A model generated the notes under the pieces. That model did no database searches. It was not told the origin of the DNA and worked only from the letters and a program-made list of their open reading frames with translations. DNA of 64,000 nt from the human T2T-CHM13v2.0 reference genome, Homo sapiens, in assembly GCF_009914755.1 (NCBI RefSeq), contig NC_060926.1; one strand, given 5' to 3'. Made by a program: the position numbers and the translations under genes. Shown piece by piece: positions 41,991 through 59,927 of this stretch (positions within the stretch are counted from its first letter, which is position 1; every line of letters begins with the position of its first letter).

Positions 41991-43760
41991 ATACCTCCTA
42001 TCCTTTTTAAGTAGGACTATTACTTGAGGGCTAAGGGAATTCAGAGATCACAAATCAAGGGCAGATCTAAGCACAAGAATTTTTCTAGAAAGGTCTTGAG
42101 TCATAGAAAGCACATTCAATATAAACTAAATTGAAAATATGAATTCTGTGTTTTATTGTGTTAAAATTATTAAAAGACTTAATGATTAATAATGTATATA
42201 TATATATATTTTAAAGTGAATCAACTTCAAGATGGAAATAATTTACTTAATGTGAATTAAGATCATCTAAGTTTCCAAATTAAGAAAATATAATATTTGA
42301 AATCATTACTGTTCTTGACAGTTTCTTTTGGTCCTAAAATATCTGGCCCTGAAAGTCTATCTCTAAATTTTTCAAATTGAAGAATAGCATAATTTTGTTT
42401 CTGAAAATGATTGACCTTTTCAGAATGAGTTATTTTATACATCATTTTACCAATAGTGGCATTCTCCAATTAACAAGCATTTTACACTGAAGGTTAATTG
42501 AGGAAAAATATATCTTAAATAAGAGAGACATTATCTGGACCTCTTAAAAAAACATGTTTTAAAAACATGTACTTAAAGGATGGTGGCCACTAAATTAATT
42601 GTTAGACTTATCTAATCACTGCATGAAACTCAGAAAACACAGCACTATGACAAAGAAATTAGAAACATAGTTTTATTAATATAATTTCTAATTAAATATT
42701 ATCTTTAAATAAACATGACATTAAGAATACTTGCATTCACCAGAACTAGCTCCATTCTTTTCTTATACAGTAGAAATTATCATTTATATTAAAGATCACC
42801 CTAGAGTTAGTTAATTGTGTCTAGAGTGCAATAAAAATAATTCAAACTTGGGAATTCTTAATAAATCTAAACTCTGTAATCTGTGTCAGCCTCAGAACAA
42901 TTCAACAGTCTTAAAAGTCCCTGTCCTTATTTCTAATGTTATTAAGGAGGAAACATATGCAATATGCTATATCCAATTACTAAATTAATATGTGCTCATT
43001 TATGCTGTAGAGTTGAAGGTGAAACTTTTGGCATTTCTGGAAGCCAAGATATGTCAATTCTTAAATCAAGGCAAGATTTACTAAACATGTCTGCGGCGGA
43101 CCATAGACCCTCTTACAAGCTTCACACTGTTCTTCCTCAGTGATGCCTTAGATTTCTATAAATAGAACTGCTTTGAAAAGCAGTAGACCATTACAACCAC
43201 ATCAAGACATTCAAGGGGTTTCACAGACAAAATATTCACACAATGCCAGTGGGTATTCTCTGTGGGGGACACTGACAAATGACTTATCACACCATTCATT
43301 CACCATGAGAAGCTAAACCCTAAAGCTACCCATACAGATTTTCAAGTTGAGATTAACAGGTGGGAAAATAATAAATATGTCATGTGGTCTCGATTACTAT
43401 ATAAAAATGTTTTTTGCCAAAATGTTTTTATTCTCACTGGATTTTAAGTCCTTGAAAGGTTTGTTTTAGGCTTTTATCTAAAGCTAAAAGCCATTTAAAA
43501 ACCAATTGTCCCTTGAAAAATGAAAAACTCCCATTTATGTATAGCTGGTGCTCCTGTTGAGGCTGTATCAGTCTCTTCATTGTAAAAGTTATGGCTACCA
43601 TATTGGCTCTAATATGTGCATATAATGTTTCTTTCAGTAATACTAGATTTAGAGTGCAAATCTAAATCTGAAAATTATTCTGTGTTTTAGGAAGATCTGT
43701 GGCCAGGTAGCTAACCACAGGGTATCTGATCCACAGCCCAGAGGAGATGAAGAAGGACAT

Positions 43761-46134
43761 TGGTAGAGTTTAGATTTGGGTCCTCGCCCAAATCCCATGT
43801 TAAATTATAATCCCCAGTGTTGGAGGAGAGACCTGGTGGGAGGTGATTGGATCATGGAGTGGATTTTCCCCTTGCTGTTCTAGTGATAGTGAGTGAGTTC
43901 TCAAAAGATCTGGTTGGTTAAAAGCGTGTAGCACCTCCCACTTCTCTCTCTTCCTCTTGTTTCAGCCACATAGGAGATGCCTGTTTTCCTTTCACTTTCT
44001 GCCATGATTGTAAGTTTTCTGAGGCCTCCCCAGCCATGCTTCCTGTACAGACTGTGGAACCATGAGCCAATTAAACCTATTTTCTGTATAAATTACCCAG
44101 TCTTAGGTAATTGCTTTATAGGAATGTAAGAATGAACTAATAAGAACATCGGCACCAGGAGTGGGGCATTGCTATATGGATACCTGTAAGTGTGGAAGCA
44201 ACTTTGCAACTGGGTAACGGTAGAAGATTGGAACAGTTTGGAGGGCTCAGAAGAAGAAAAAAAAGATGAGGCCAAGTTTGGAACTTCCTAGAGACTTGTT
44301 AAATTGTTGTGACCAAAATGCTGATTGTGATATGGGCAACGAAGTCCAGGCCAAGGTGGTCTCAGATGGAGATGAGAAACTTATTGAAACTGAAACAAAG
44401 ATTACTTTTGTTATGCATTGGCAAAAAGGTTGGAGTCATTGTGCTCCTGCTCTAGAGATCTGTGGAACTTTGAACTTGAAAGTAATGATTTAGGGCATCT
44501 GGTGGAATACATTTCTAAGTAGAAAGACATTCAAGATGTGTCCTGGCTGCTTCTAGCAGCCTATACTTATAATCATGAACAAAGAAATAACCTGGAAGTG
44601 AAACTTATATTTAAAAGGGAAGTAGACTATAAATGTTTGAAAAATTTGCAGCCTGGCCATGTGGTAAAAAAGAAAAACCCATTTTCTAGGGAGGAATTCA
44701 AGCCAGCTGCAGAAATTTGCTTAAGGAAAGAGGAGCTGAATGTTAGTAGCACAGATGCCTCGAAGACATTTCAGAGATCTTTATGACAGCCCCTCCCATC
44801 ACAAGCACAGAAGCCTAGGAGGGAAGAATAGTTTCCAGGGCTGGGCCCAGAGCCCTGCTGTCCTGTGCAACCTCAAGACACTGCTCCCTGCATCCCAGTC
44901 ACTCTATCTCTAGCCGTGGCTAAAAGGGCCACAGATATATTTCAGGCTGCTGCTCCAGAGGCTGCAAGCCATAATCCTTGGCAGCTTCCATGTGTTGTGA
45001 AGCCTGCAGGTGCACAGAGGGCAATGGTAGAGGCTTGGTAGCCTCCCCCTGGATTTCAGAGGATGTATGGAAACACTTGGATGTCCAGGTGGAAGTCTGG
45101 TGCAGGACTGGAACCCTCATGGAGAACCTCTACTAGGGCAGTGCAGAGGGAAAATGTGGGGTTGGAGCCCAAATACAGACTTTCCACTGGAGCACTGCCA
45201 CCATCCTTCAGACCCCAGAATGGTTGATCCACTGACAGCTTGCACCATGTACCTGGAAAAGCTGCAGACTCTCAAAGCAAGCTGGTAAAAGCAGCCAAAA
45301 AGGCTGTACTATGCATTGCCAAAAAGGCAGAGATGCCCAAGGCCTTGCAAGCCTACCCCTTTCATCAGTGTGGCCTGGATATGAGACATGGAGTCAAAGG
45401 AGATTGTTTTGTAGCCTTGAGATTTAATGACTGACATCTGGGTATTGAACTTGCATGGGGCCTGTAGCTCCTTTGTTTTGGCTAATTTTTCCCTTTTGAA
45501 ATGGGTGTATTTACCCAATGCCTGTATGTCCCACTGTATCTTGGAAGTAACTAACTTGTTTTATTTTGTTTTTCGTTTTTTAATTTTACAGGCTCATAGG
45601 TAGAAGATACTTGCCTTGTCTTAGATGAGACTTCGGACTGTGGGCTTTTGAGTTAATGCTGGAATGAATTAAGACTTTGAGGAACTGTTTGGAAGGCACG
45701 ATCACATTTTGAAATGTGAGAAGGACATGAGATTTGGGATGGACTGGGGTGAAATGATATGATTTTGATTTGTATCTCCACCCAAATCTCATGTCAAATT
45801 GCAATTCCCAGTGTTGGAGGAGTGGCTTGGTGGGAGGTGTCTGGATCATGGAGGCAGATTTTCTCCTTACTGTTCTTGTGGTAGCGAGTTCTCATGAGAT
45901 CTGGTTGTTTAAAAGTGTGTAACACCTCTCCCCATGCTCTCTATCTCCTGCTCTGGCCATGTAAGATGTGCTTCCTTCCTATTTGCCTTCCACCATGATT
46001 GTAAGTTTCCTGGGGTCTCTCCAGCTTTGCTTCCTGTCCAGAGTATGGAACTGTGAGCCAATTAAATCTCTTTTCTTTATAAATTACCTAGTGTCAGGTC
46101 ATTCTTTATAGCAATGAGAAAACAACCTAATACA
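43761..46134 (+). mobile_element. Full-length MSTA-type MaLR element (LTR 43761-~44143, internal, LTR 45755-46134)
   Basis: Two homologous LTRs, MaLR internal sequence, perfect 5-bp TSD gacat (43756-43760 and 46135-46139). Confidence 0.93.
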
Positions 46135-46289
46135 GACATCTTGGTCTCACACTGGCAGAGAAACAGGTAGAGACAAAGAGGCAAAAGCCAACTCAAATCA
46201 TTTTGCTGATGCCTTGCATGCATTTCAGATTGTGTATGTGTTTAGAAAAAATTAGTAGGGATTGCTGTAATTTCTGGCAGATTGTCCTA

Positions 46290-46539
46290 AAGGCTGAGGT
46301 AGGCAAATGGCTTGAGCCCAGGAGTTCAAATCTGGTGAAACCTCGTCTCTACAAAAAAAATACAAAAAAAAATTTGCCAGACTTGATGGTATGCATCTGT
46401 AGTCGCAGCCATTAGAGAGGCTGAGGTGGGAGGATGGCTTGAGCCCAGAAATTTCAGGCTGCAGTGAGCCATGATTGCACCACTGCACTACAGCATGGGT
46501 GACAGAGTAAAATCTTGTCTCAAAAAAAAGAAAAAAAAA
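46290..46539 (+). mobile_element. AluJ, 5'-truncated
   Basis: ggaggatggcttgagcccag...ggctgcagtgagccatgattgcacc J-type arm and A tail. Confidence 0.9.
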
Positions 46540-47714
46540 TCAAGGATATTTTAAGACAACATGGTGAGAAAAGTTTATTCTCTTAAATTTTTATTTTTTA
46601 CAAAATAAAAAAGCCTTCACTGCAAGACTTAGAATATGAAAAACAACAATGAGAAATATAATGGTGAAGTCTCTAATAATGACTTATTAAACAAATAACA
46701 AATTATTTGTTGTTTAATAAATCTAAGCCTGTTTTGGGCCAATAAAAAATTTCGCTACACTTAATAAATAAAATTATTACAAAATAACATTATAAATTAT
46801 GAAACTGATAAACTGAAATAAGCAGGACTGATAGAAACAAGAATATTTATAAATATTTATGTTATCAATAAATTTTTATAATTAAAAATATATTTAAATT
46901 CACCAAGAGTTTAGAAAATGGAATTTTTCTAAAACCCCTTAAAAGAATCAAGATGAACACAGGTTAAAAATAAACTAACAAAGTGCAAACAAAGAAATTA
47001 CAGATAAAAAATTCTTCAAAAATGCCCCAAATTAATTTCATAACAGCACAACATTTAAATTACAGCACTGAAAATATAGTTCAATATTAGGTACCTATGA
47101 ATATAATTTACCACATTAATAGTTCATGCAAGAAAAAGTCATTTGACCATCCCTATTAAAGCAAAAGGTAATTTGAAAAATTCAATACCAATTCTTGGTC
47201 CTCTCTGAGGAGCTATAAATAGGATAATTTCTCTTTAAACATGATAAATAAAACCTATTTAAATGTACTAGCCAACATCAGATGATGCAGAAGCATAATG
47301 CCATTTTTTAATGTTACTTGTTTAACTACTTTTGTAATTTCTGATTAATAAAATAAAAACATCAGGAGTAGTTTATTGTAAAGCAGGATTTTTTTCTTGA
47401 AAATTACTTAAAAACAGAAAATTATTTAAGTAGATTTCGGTATATTCTGTCAAAGAATTATTCATAAAAATATCTGTTGACATGAATATATGTATACATT
47501 TTTAGTAAAAATATCATATTCAGAAATACATTTTAGCATTTTTTTAAATTATATAGGTAGGTGTATCTGTATATGTTTAATCATAAGATGATTTTAGAAT
47601 ACTGCTGAAGACATTAATGGTGTTATCTCTAAAGGAGTGTACTATATAAAATATAGATTTTTAACTTTCAAGTTGTACATGTTGAACGTGTATTACTTGA
47701 AATGAAAAGCTATA

Positions 47715-48395
47715 TTCTATAAATGGTGCTGTGATAACTGGCTATCCATATGCAGAAGGAGGAAACTGGATCTCTACCTTTCACCATATATAAAGATTAA
47801 CTCAAGGTGGATTAAAGACTTAAATGTAAGACCTCGAAGTACAGGAATCCCAGAAAAAAGCCTAGAAATACCCTACACAATATTGACCTTGGCAAATAAT
47901 TTATGACTAAGTCCCCAAAAGCATTTGCAACAAAAACAAAAATTGAAAAGTGGGACCTAATTAAACTAAAGAGCTTCTGCACAGCAAAAGAAACTGTCAA
48001 GAGTAAACAGACAACTTACAGGATTAGAGAATATCTTTGCAGACTATGTATCCTAAAAAAAGTCATTAGACTTTGAATCCAGAACCTATAAGAAACTTAA
48101 ACCACTCAACAAGCAAATACAAATTACCCCCATTAAAAAGTGGGCAAAGGACATGAACAGACACTTCTCAAAAGAAGACATACAAATACCAACAAACATA
48201 TGAAAAAACGCTCCACATCACTAATTATCAAAAGATGCAAATAAAAACCACAATGAAAATTATGTCACACCAGTCAGAATGGCTGTCATTAAAATATCAA
48301 AAAATAGCAGATGTTGGTGAGGCTGCAGAGAAAAAGGAACACTTACATGCTCTTGGCGGGAATCTAAATTAGCTCAGCCACTGTGGAAAGTAGTT
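47715..48395 (+). mobile_element. L1P ORF2 C-terminal fragment
   Basis: aaatggtgctgtgataactggctatccatatgcagaag...gggacctaattaaactaaagagcttctgcacagcaaaagaaac. Confidence 0.9.
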
Positions 48396-48689
48396 AAAAA
48401 TTTAAGTTTAAACTTTTAAACTGCAAATTAAAAATAAGGAATAATGTATGTTATTTTAAAAATTGAGGATATTTACAAGTTTAATAGTTCATATTCAGTG
48501 ATAATAAGCCTTTAAAAATAACTTTTTACAATTATTTGGAGGGTATCCGAAAAAAATGGTAAAAGCATGCATTCTTTTTATCCAGTAATTATATGTCTGG
48601 GTATTTATTCAAGAAACTAACTGACCAAGTGCAACAAAGTTACATAGACTCTATGGCTCTTGAAATTAAATTTATAATTGTTGGGAAAT

Positions 48690-49369
48690 TATGTCATATA
48701 GAAATCACGCCATATAGACCAATGAAATAAAATAGGAAATCCAGAAATAAACTCTCACATTTATGGTCAAATGATTTTCCATAAGGGATGCCAAGACCAT
48801 TCCATGGGAAAAGGACAGTCTTTTCAAAACACGATGTTGTGAAACTGAATATCTGTATACAAAAGTATGGAGTTGGGCTCTTACCTTATACCATATACAA
48901 AAAATAACTCAAAATGAATCAAAGAACTAACTGTGAGATTGAAAACTATAAAAATCTTACAAGAAAACATAGGGCAAAAGCTTCATGATATTGGATTTGG
49001 CAAAGATTTATTGGACATGACATCAAAAGCACAGGCAACAAAAGTAAGTAAAAGTAAATAAGTTTCATTATATACAAATTTAAAACTTTCATACATCGAA
49101 GTGCATAATCAACACAGTGATAAGCCAACCCATTTATTGGAAAAAATATTTAAAAATTATAAATTGGATAATAGGTTAACATTAAAATATATAAGAAACA
49201 CCTAAAATTTAATAACACCACAATTAATTTAATGTTAAAAATGGGCATAGGATTTGAGTATAAATCTCTCCAAAGATGATATTCAAATGGTCAACAAGCA
49301 CATGAAAAGATGCTTAACATCATTAATCAAATATAAATATACAGAAATATAAATCAAAACTACAATGAG
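48690..49369 (+). mobile_element. L1MB-type, 5' part (interrupted by a younger L1PA)
   Basis: aaacatagggcaaaagcttcatgatattggatttggc; ends aaatcaaaactacaatgaga. Confidence 0.8.
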
Positions 49370-51595
<2,226 letters not shown>

Positions 51596-51599
51596 AAAA

Positions 51600-52330
51600 T
51601 CACTGAAATATTACCTCATACCTATTAGAATACTTTCAAAAAAAAAAAAGCAGAAAATAAGTGTTAGCAAGAAAGAATGTGGAAAAATTGGGGCATTTGC
51701 TCACTGTTAGTGGGAATGTAAAATGATACAGTCACTATGGAAAACAGCATGGCACTTCCCCAGAACATTAAATATAGAATTCCCATATGATCTAGCAATA
51801 TCCTTTTCTGTGTATGTATCCAAAAGAATTGAAATGGGAATCTCAAAAAGATATTTGTACACCTATGTGCATAACACCATTATTAGCAATAGTCAAAATA
51901 TGGAAGTAACCCAAATATCCCTCAATGGATGAATGAATAAACAAAATTAAGACATACAATATAATATTATTCAGCATTAAGAAGAAACATGTTCCGACTC
52001 ATGCCATGAAACTGATGAAACTTGAAGGTAATACAGTAAGTGAAACAAGTCAGTCACCAAAAGACAAATACTGTTATGATTTCACTTATATAAGATACCT
52101 AGAATAGTCAAATTCGTAGAAACAGAAAGCATAATGGTAGCTTCCAGGGGCTGGGAGGAGTGGTTAAAGGACGGTTGTTTGAAGGGTATAGAGTTTCAGT
52201 TTGCAAGATAAAAAAGTTCTGAAAATGGGTTGCACAGCAATTTAAATATACGTAACATCATTGAACAATAAACTAAAAAGTGTTTAAAATGGTAAATTCT
52301 GTCACGTGTATTTTACCACAATTAAAAACT
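51600..52330 (+). mobile_element. L1MB-type 3' part
   Basis: Resumes at atattacctcatacctattag; typical L1MB 3'UTR ending gtattttaccacaattaaaaa. Confidence 0.85.
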
Positions 52331-52812
52331 TAAAATTGCAATGCTGTCATTCAATAGGAGATTGGTTAATGATTCATATACAACAGAGCACTACTTAGAC
52401 TTTACCATTAATTGTGTATTGGTAATTATTTGATATACAGATATCCTTATAATATATTATCCTTATAATATATTATATATTGATAGAGAGATATCCTTAT
52501 ATTTTAAATTTTAAAAGCAGATTATAAAGTGGAAATTTGTGTACAATTGACCACAATTCTATAAATCTTTGCATGTGTCTAAAAGTAGAAATAAGTTTTA
52601 GAAATACACACTAAAATGTTTGTAGTGATCATGTACCAGTGATGTATTTGGAAAGCATAAAAATCAGTCAAAATGTTTTTCTATTTTTTTGTGATTTTCT
52701 CTCATAATAATTAATAAAAAGAGGTTATCTTCAATTTCTGAGTATTGATTGGCCTCCTTTCACTAATTAAACATGTTTTTCCATGAGATTTCTTTTTTCT
52801 TTGAAAATTCAA

Positions 52813-53135
<323 letters not shown>

Positions 53136-54549
53136 TTAAAATTATTTATTTCAGTGTTTTGTTTCTTCTTTCTTTTCTCCATGTGAAGTTGTTGGTTATT
53201 TAGATAGGTCCTTAATGCTTTTCTTGAATATTTTGATACATTAATCCTTTATTCTTTATTTGTGGAGAGGTTATCTTCAAATTTTTCTGCTTATCTATTT
53301 TAGTTTACTGTACTATCATTGATATTTTGTGCTTTTTTGTGTTATTTTGTGTTTTAATTTGCTTTTCGGGGGTAAATCAAAAGGATATACTACATTCTGT
53401 ATAGTTTTGCACTTTAGTAACTGTTGAAACTTACCAACTTGTCTCATCTTGTTATCCAAACTGGAATAATAAGAGTTCCAATGTTAAGTGACTATAAGAA
53501 TTAAGTGAGATCAAAGCGAGCTTGGTTCAATAAAGAATTACTAATATCCATGGTAGCAATAAGAATAGTATTTATTTTTATGAAGGAGAAGGCATGCTTA
53601 ATTTTTTTAACATTTCTTTAACACACACACATACACAAACACACAATATTTTGAACCCACAAACTAGGATCTGTTTCAATGTTGTAAGCTTTTGCTGACG
53701 GGACTTACAGAGAGGAAAGATCTAAAGATGAAGAAGAGAGGATATAAAACTAATTATTGCACATGTATCTATGACATCTCAGAAATTGTGTCAACTACTT
53801 ATTATGTATCATTCAAAATAGTTGAGAAAACTGAAGATAAGGTGATGCATTAAACAACGGGACCCAAATTTCAAAATTCATTTGTAAACCTCTTTAGTTC
53901 CAAAGATAATGTATCATAAAATTAGTATATACGATCAAACCTTTTCTTGCAAAGTATTGTGTACATGATTTGAGTTTATTTTAGCACTTTTCGGAAGCTT
54001 TCCTAAAATATTGACATTAGAAGGGCACACTATACATTTTAAACTGTGTCCAATGATACCCTAGAAGATGGTAAAGAATATACAAAATTTAAATTGTTTT
54101 GGTTTTCCACAGCAATGATTTATCTTTCTTATAGATTATTAGTTAGAAAAGTGTTTATTTGAGAAATGATTGTATTATTTTGCAAAACTCATATGGATAG
54201 CCATTATTTACCCCGATGTTCTTCAATAAAGAACCCAAATAATAAACTATTCCCATAATTTTGCATTAAGTGAATGAGATTGAGATGAGGTGAAAATATG
54301 GCTTGATCCTTTATTATATATCTACTATTATGTTGTACTTTGTTATATATTATGCTAATATTTTTATAAGGCAATTAAGACCTTGACAACTAGATCCAAG
54401 TGAGTCTAATATAAATACAGTGCGCAATTGCAGTAACCATAAAATTTCAGTTGTCATGTTCTCTTTCTATACAATTTTTTAACATTTATTCTTTAAATTT
54501 ACATTTGAAATATACTTTAATGGTGCTTGCCTCTCTAAATAACTTTCGC

Positions 54550-54720
54550 GATAATAATAATACCAACAATGATAAGTAACATTTATACAATGTCTTTTCT
54601 GTGTGGGACCTACCTCCTTAATTAAGTTTACATATGTTATCTCATTTAACCCTCACAAAAACTTAGTAGGAAACTTAATAATATCTGCAGAAAACTGATG
54701 CAAATGTAGGAACTAGCATA
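54550..54720 (-). mobile_element. MIR
   Basis: tttacatatgttatctcatttaaccctcacaa...gcagaaaactga. Confidence 0.65.
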
Positions 54721-55329
54721 GAATTTTAAAAACATACACGTATGCCCTCCCACACACACATTTTGTTGATATTCTCAAAACTTTGATGAAATCTGAAGAC
54801 CTTTCTTAAAAAGCCTCTGATCTAGGACATCAGGAACTAAATTGCATATGCCATAGTTTCTTCTATTTACATAACAGTTTTTGAGCCTTCATGGATTTAA
54901 GCCACATGTGCTAAAATTTAAAACACATAGAGATCTGTTTCACTTCTTTTTCTCCTTTCATATTCACAAATGCATGCATATACTTATTTTCAAAAAAAAA
55001 ATCCATTTTAACTGTGTTCTCTTTGGTTCTCCATAATATAAGTGCTCTCATATTAGAGATGATACAATATCTTTTTTAATCTATAAATTGCAAAGATCTT
55101 ACAGTTTTACCTTTATTTTAAAAAAGGGCAATTATCAAAACCCAGAATCTTCATTAAGTTAAATATCTTCCAAAATACCACAGTTTTATAAAAGAATTTG
55201 ACTTCCTTAAAAATTAATGTTCAGATTAGAAATTAATAGTAAAATATCTTTAAACATATAAAATATGAAAATGACAAAGAAAATGTTTACCTATTTGGTC
55301 AAATACAGGTCTCGCTTTGTATACCAGCC

Positions 55330-55520
55330 ATTCTCAGGTTCGTAAACTTGAGTGGACATGAGAATCACCTGAAGAGCTTATTAAAACACAGATTCCTGAA
55401 CTTCATTCCCAGAGTTTCTGATTCAGTAGGTATGTGTGGAATCCAAGAATGTGCATTTCTGACAGCTCTCAGGTGATGCTACTGTTCTTAGTCCAGGATC
55501 CACACTTTGGGAATCACCAA
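55330..55520 (+). mobile_element. MER5A hAT-Charlie MITE
   Basis: gagaatcacctgaagagcttattaaaacacagatt...cccagagtttctgattcagtagg...ccacactttgggaatcac. Confidence 0.88.
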
Positions 55521-56012
55521 TGTATATTGATTTCACAATGCACACACTTCTATTTTTCCTTTCAGAAAAAAAGGCCTAACTCCATTCAAACTCTGCTGCT
55601 GTCTGCTGATTCAAAGCCTCTGCGGCAGCCTTTTCAGTATCCTACACATAAAAGTCTGCTTTAGAGACAGCCATAAAATGTGACCACCTCTGTGATGAAA
55701 TGGGTCAGCATAAATTGTTGCAAGTTATTTTTTAGAGAAAGGATTGCAGACTTTTTTTCTTAGCTATGCCAATTTTGTGGTTTGGGATTATATACAGGTT
55801 TTTCACTGAAAAGATGAATTCCTAAAAATTTGTATATGTATATTTCATATCATAAACAACATTAAAGTCCAGATAGACATAAAAGGAAAAATAAACATTT
55901 AAAAGTATATAAAAGTTGGTTCAAAATACGAAAAATATAGAAGTTGTTACAGGCTTGGAGACACAAGGAAAAGCATTATGACCAAATTGTATAAAATTCA
56001 ACTAATTTCTTT

Positions 56013-56323
<311 letters not shown>

Positions 56324-56690
56324 GCAACTAATTTCTTTATAACATAAATATAATTAAAAAGAAAAGCAGACCCAGAAAATATTTCAGGCAATTCTGAGAG
56401 CCCATTTATAAATACACTTTATGGAAAAAAAAACATGTAAATATTAATAAAATATATCAATATTCCAATAGGTATACTAGAAATGGGCATAAGAGGCAAT
56501 TCTCAGGTGGGAAATACAATCAGAAGTTCTGAAAATGGGAAAATGTAATTTTTTGTAGTAAAACAAACACAAGTTAAAACAAAAAGGAAATAGTACTCCA
56601 TTTAAGAAGTACTAAAAAATCATGAACGCTAATATGTGTGTGGAGAATATTTCTGGTGGGATATATTAATTAGTGTAACACTTGGTACAT

Positions 56691-57078
56691 TGATATGGTT
56701 TGGCTCTGTATCCCCACCCAAATCTCATCTCAAATTGTAATCCCCATGTATCCAGGGAAGGACCTGTAACCCCCACGTGTGGAGGTAGGGAAGTGATTGG
56801 ATTGTGGGGGAGATTTTCCCCATGCTGTTCTCGTGATAGTCGTAAATTCTCAAGAGATCTGATGGTTTTATAAATGGTAGCTTTTCCTGTGCTCTCACTC
56901 GCTCTTCTGCCACCTTGTAAAGAAGCTGTCTGCTTCCCCTTCCACCATGATTGTAAGTTTCCTGAGGCTTCCCTAGCCATGCAGAACTGTGAGTCAATTA
57001 AACCTCTTTTTTTTTTTTTTTTATAAATTACCCAACCTCTGGCAGTTCTTTACAGCAGTGTGAAAACAAACTAATACA
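56691..57078 (+). mobile_element. THE1D-type solo LTR
   Basis: tgatatggtttggctctg...ctaataca; TSD tacat/cacat. Confidence 0.9.
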
Positions 57079-58427
57079 CACATCAATTTCAAAAATAAAT
57101 GTATCAGTAACCATGTATATGCTTTCACATTTTGACATATTAGTTTTTCTTGTGAAAACTAATCTTAAGCAAGAAATTGAAGATGTTCATTTTTAGCATT
57201 GTCTATTTAATATTGGAATGAATCATCTAACTATTGCTGCACATGTGCTTAGACTAAGTAAATTCCTTCAATCAATATAATAATATATTATATAACCTTT
57301 AACTAGGATTTAATGGCACTCTGTAACAATAAGAAAAATAATTTTAGGTTAAAAAAGAAGAAGCCATTTGTATATGTTTATCTATTATGTAGTAATAGCC
57401 ATATAGACTTATATACACTACGGTAGATGGAAGAAAAGATAATAGAGAGATAAGAATTAGAGATACATTTATTTGCCTTATTTTATCGTTGTCTAAATTG
57501 AATGTAAATATTTTGCTACTGCAAAAAAGACACATACCTCTGTCCTGTCTAGCAGAAGAATGATAGACCCTTGTTCTTTCCTTACCCAAAGGTGGGTTTT
57601 TAATGTACATCAGGGACAGGCTGCTTGTTTTCTGTATGACCTGTAAGCTGAGAAAGGTTTTCAAAGTTGTGAATGACAATTTCTCTAACTCCTACTTTTG
57701 GTTAGAACAGGATAAACCAAATTGCTTATCTCAGTTACTTCGAAGAAATAGTTTAACTTTTATTATTTGTGAATCAAAACAAGAAATGAAAGCTCAATGA
57801 AAGGATTAGCCAACGTGGTATTTTTATTTACCTATTTTAGTGCATTTATACGATCAAGAGACACTTACGTGTCTTTTCACTGCTTGAAAATCCAAGTCTA
57901 CTTTTATTTCTGTAATTTTGATGGCATAATCAAAATATGAAATACTGTTGCTTTCTGTTACTACATTAATAAATTGTTGTATTGCAAAGACAATATCTCT
58001 TGCTTTTTAAACCAAGATTATTAGGATTATCTTGATTCTGCTACAGCTGCTCTGTGTGTGTAAGCAAATACTATGAGGGCTCCCCTGTCCAGGGAGACAA
58101 GCCTGGCTCTGTCATGGTTCATTGCCTTGAAACAAATCTGCCCCCGCTCAGAACCACAACTAGCTGAAAGTCTGAGGAAAGAAACAGTGGAGTGAGTCCA
58201 GTAAGATTTTAAGAGGTGAGGTCATTGAATCAAGCAGGAATTTTTGCAGAAAAAAAAAAGCGATCCCTTTTAAACCACTTTATACAATGCTCCACTGAAA
58301 ATGAACTTGCCACAAAAGTATCTGAGTACTGTCATTATTTCTCACACATGAACTCAAACAAATATGCAACTCATACATGCCATTTTTGCATTAAAATTAT
58401 CTTCCATTTCTTTTATTAAGAAAATAA

Positions 58428-58772
<345 letters not shown>

Positions 58773-58937
58773 TCACAATATTTAAAAAGTTCTCTTTTTG
58801 TACTTTGATCCCTTTTTTCCTTTTCAAAGAGTAAGCATTATTTCTTTTATAATTTTTCCTTTTCTAAAAAAAGAAATATGTATGGATCAATATATATGAT
58901 TATTAGCTTCAGATATGAAGACAAAGATGACTGTACT

Positions 58938-59139
58938 CTTTTTTTTTATTTTTCAACTTTTATTTTAGTTGCAGGGGGTATACAGGCAGGCTTGTTATCT
59001 GGGTATATTGTGTGATGCTGAGGTTGGGGATACAAATGATCCCTTCACCCAGGAACTAAGCATGGTACCCAACAGCTAGTTTTACAACCCTTGCCCCATC
59101 TCTCCCTTTTCCATCAAGTAGTCTCCTGTTGCCATCTTT
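58938..59139 (-). mobile_element. Short 5'-truncated L1PA16/PB-type 3' end
   Basis: ttcaacttttattttag...tgtgatgctgaggttgggg; TSD caaagatgactgtact/caaatatgactatact. Confidence 0.85.
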
Positions 59140-59927
59140 CAAATATGACTATACTTTATCTAATTTCTTCCTCTTGCCCTTATGCCATGAGATAAATATC
59201 TGTGGTTCCTCTGATTTCTTAACTGATCACATGTTTTGAACAACCAAATGAAATTTACAAATAATTAGTGTAATTTTGTATAATCAAATATTTATAAAAC
59301 TGTCATTTCAAAATGTGCCAGCACAAGATTCATTTATTTATTCTGGATATAAACATTGACAATGCCATGAACCAGTCACTGAGTCAGAACTCACTCTAGG
59401 AAGGTAAAAATCACTCAAATGCATGCAAATAAATGTGAGAAATTGTTTTGCCCCTCCATATGGATAGAAATCTCTTGTTTCAGGATTTAGAATTAATAAC
59501 AACTCTCCTGAAGACATGAGTTGTCTATTGTCCATACCTTTTAAATGAAAATAAAATTAAAAAAGAATAATTGGATTTCTTGAATTTTCTTTATTTATTT
59601 AGAGATGCAGAGAATAAAATAATTTCAAAGGGAATCTGACACTGCTTATCAAGGTTAATCATAGAGGCTTGACATTCTGGGGAAAAAAGCATAATCAAAT
59701 ATATATGCAGCATAAGTTTCTGAGCAAACTGATCTCTTCGTAGTACAAACATTTCTTGAGAAATCAGAAATCAAATTTGTTTTGAGTAAAGCCTATGATA
59801 TGAGTTAAAAAATATTCTCCAAAGATGTAATTTTCTGTTTATTTGCTTTAAATGTCTTAAAATTTAGGGAGGAGAGAGGACATAATTTTTCAACAAGTCC
59901 ACAATGGTGTTTGTTTCTCTAGCTTTA

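Noticed and set aside
56735-56795. Internal duplication tgtaa(t/c)cccca(t/c)gt in the THE1D LTR
   Set aside because: From recall this occurs in many THE1D copies, so it is probably a subfamily feature and not locus-specific
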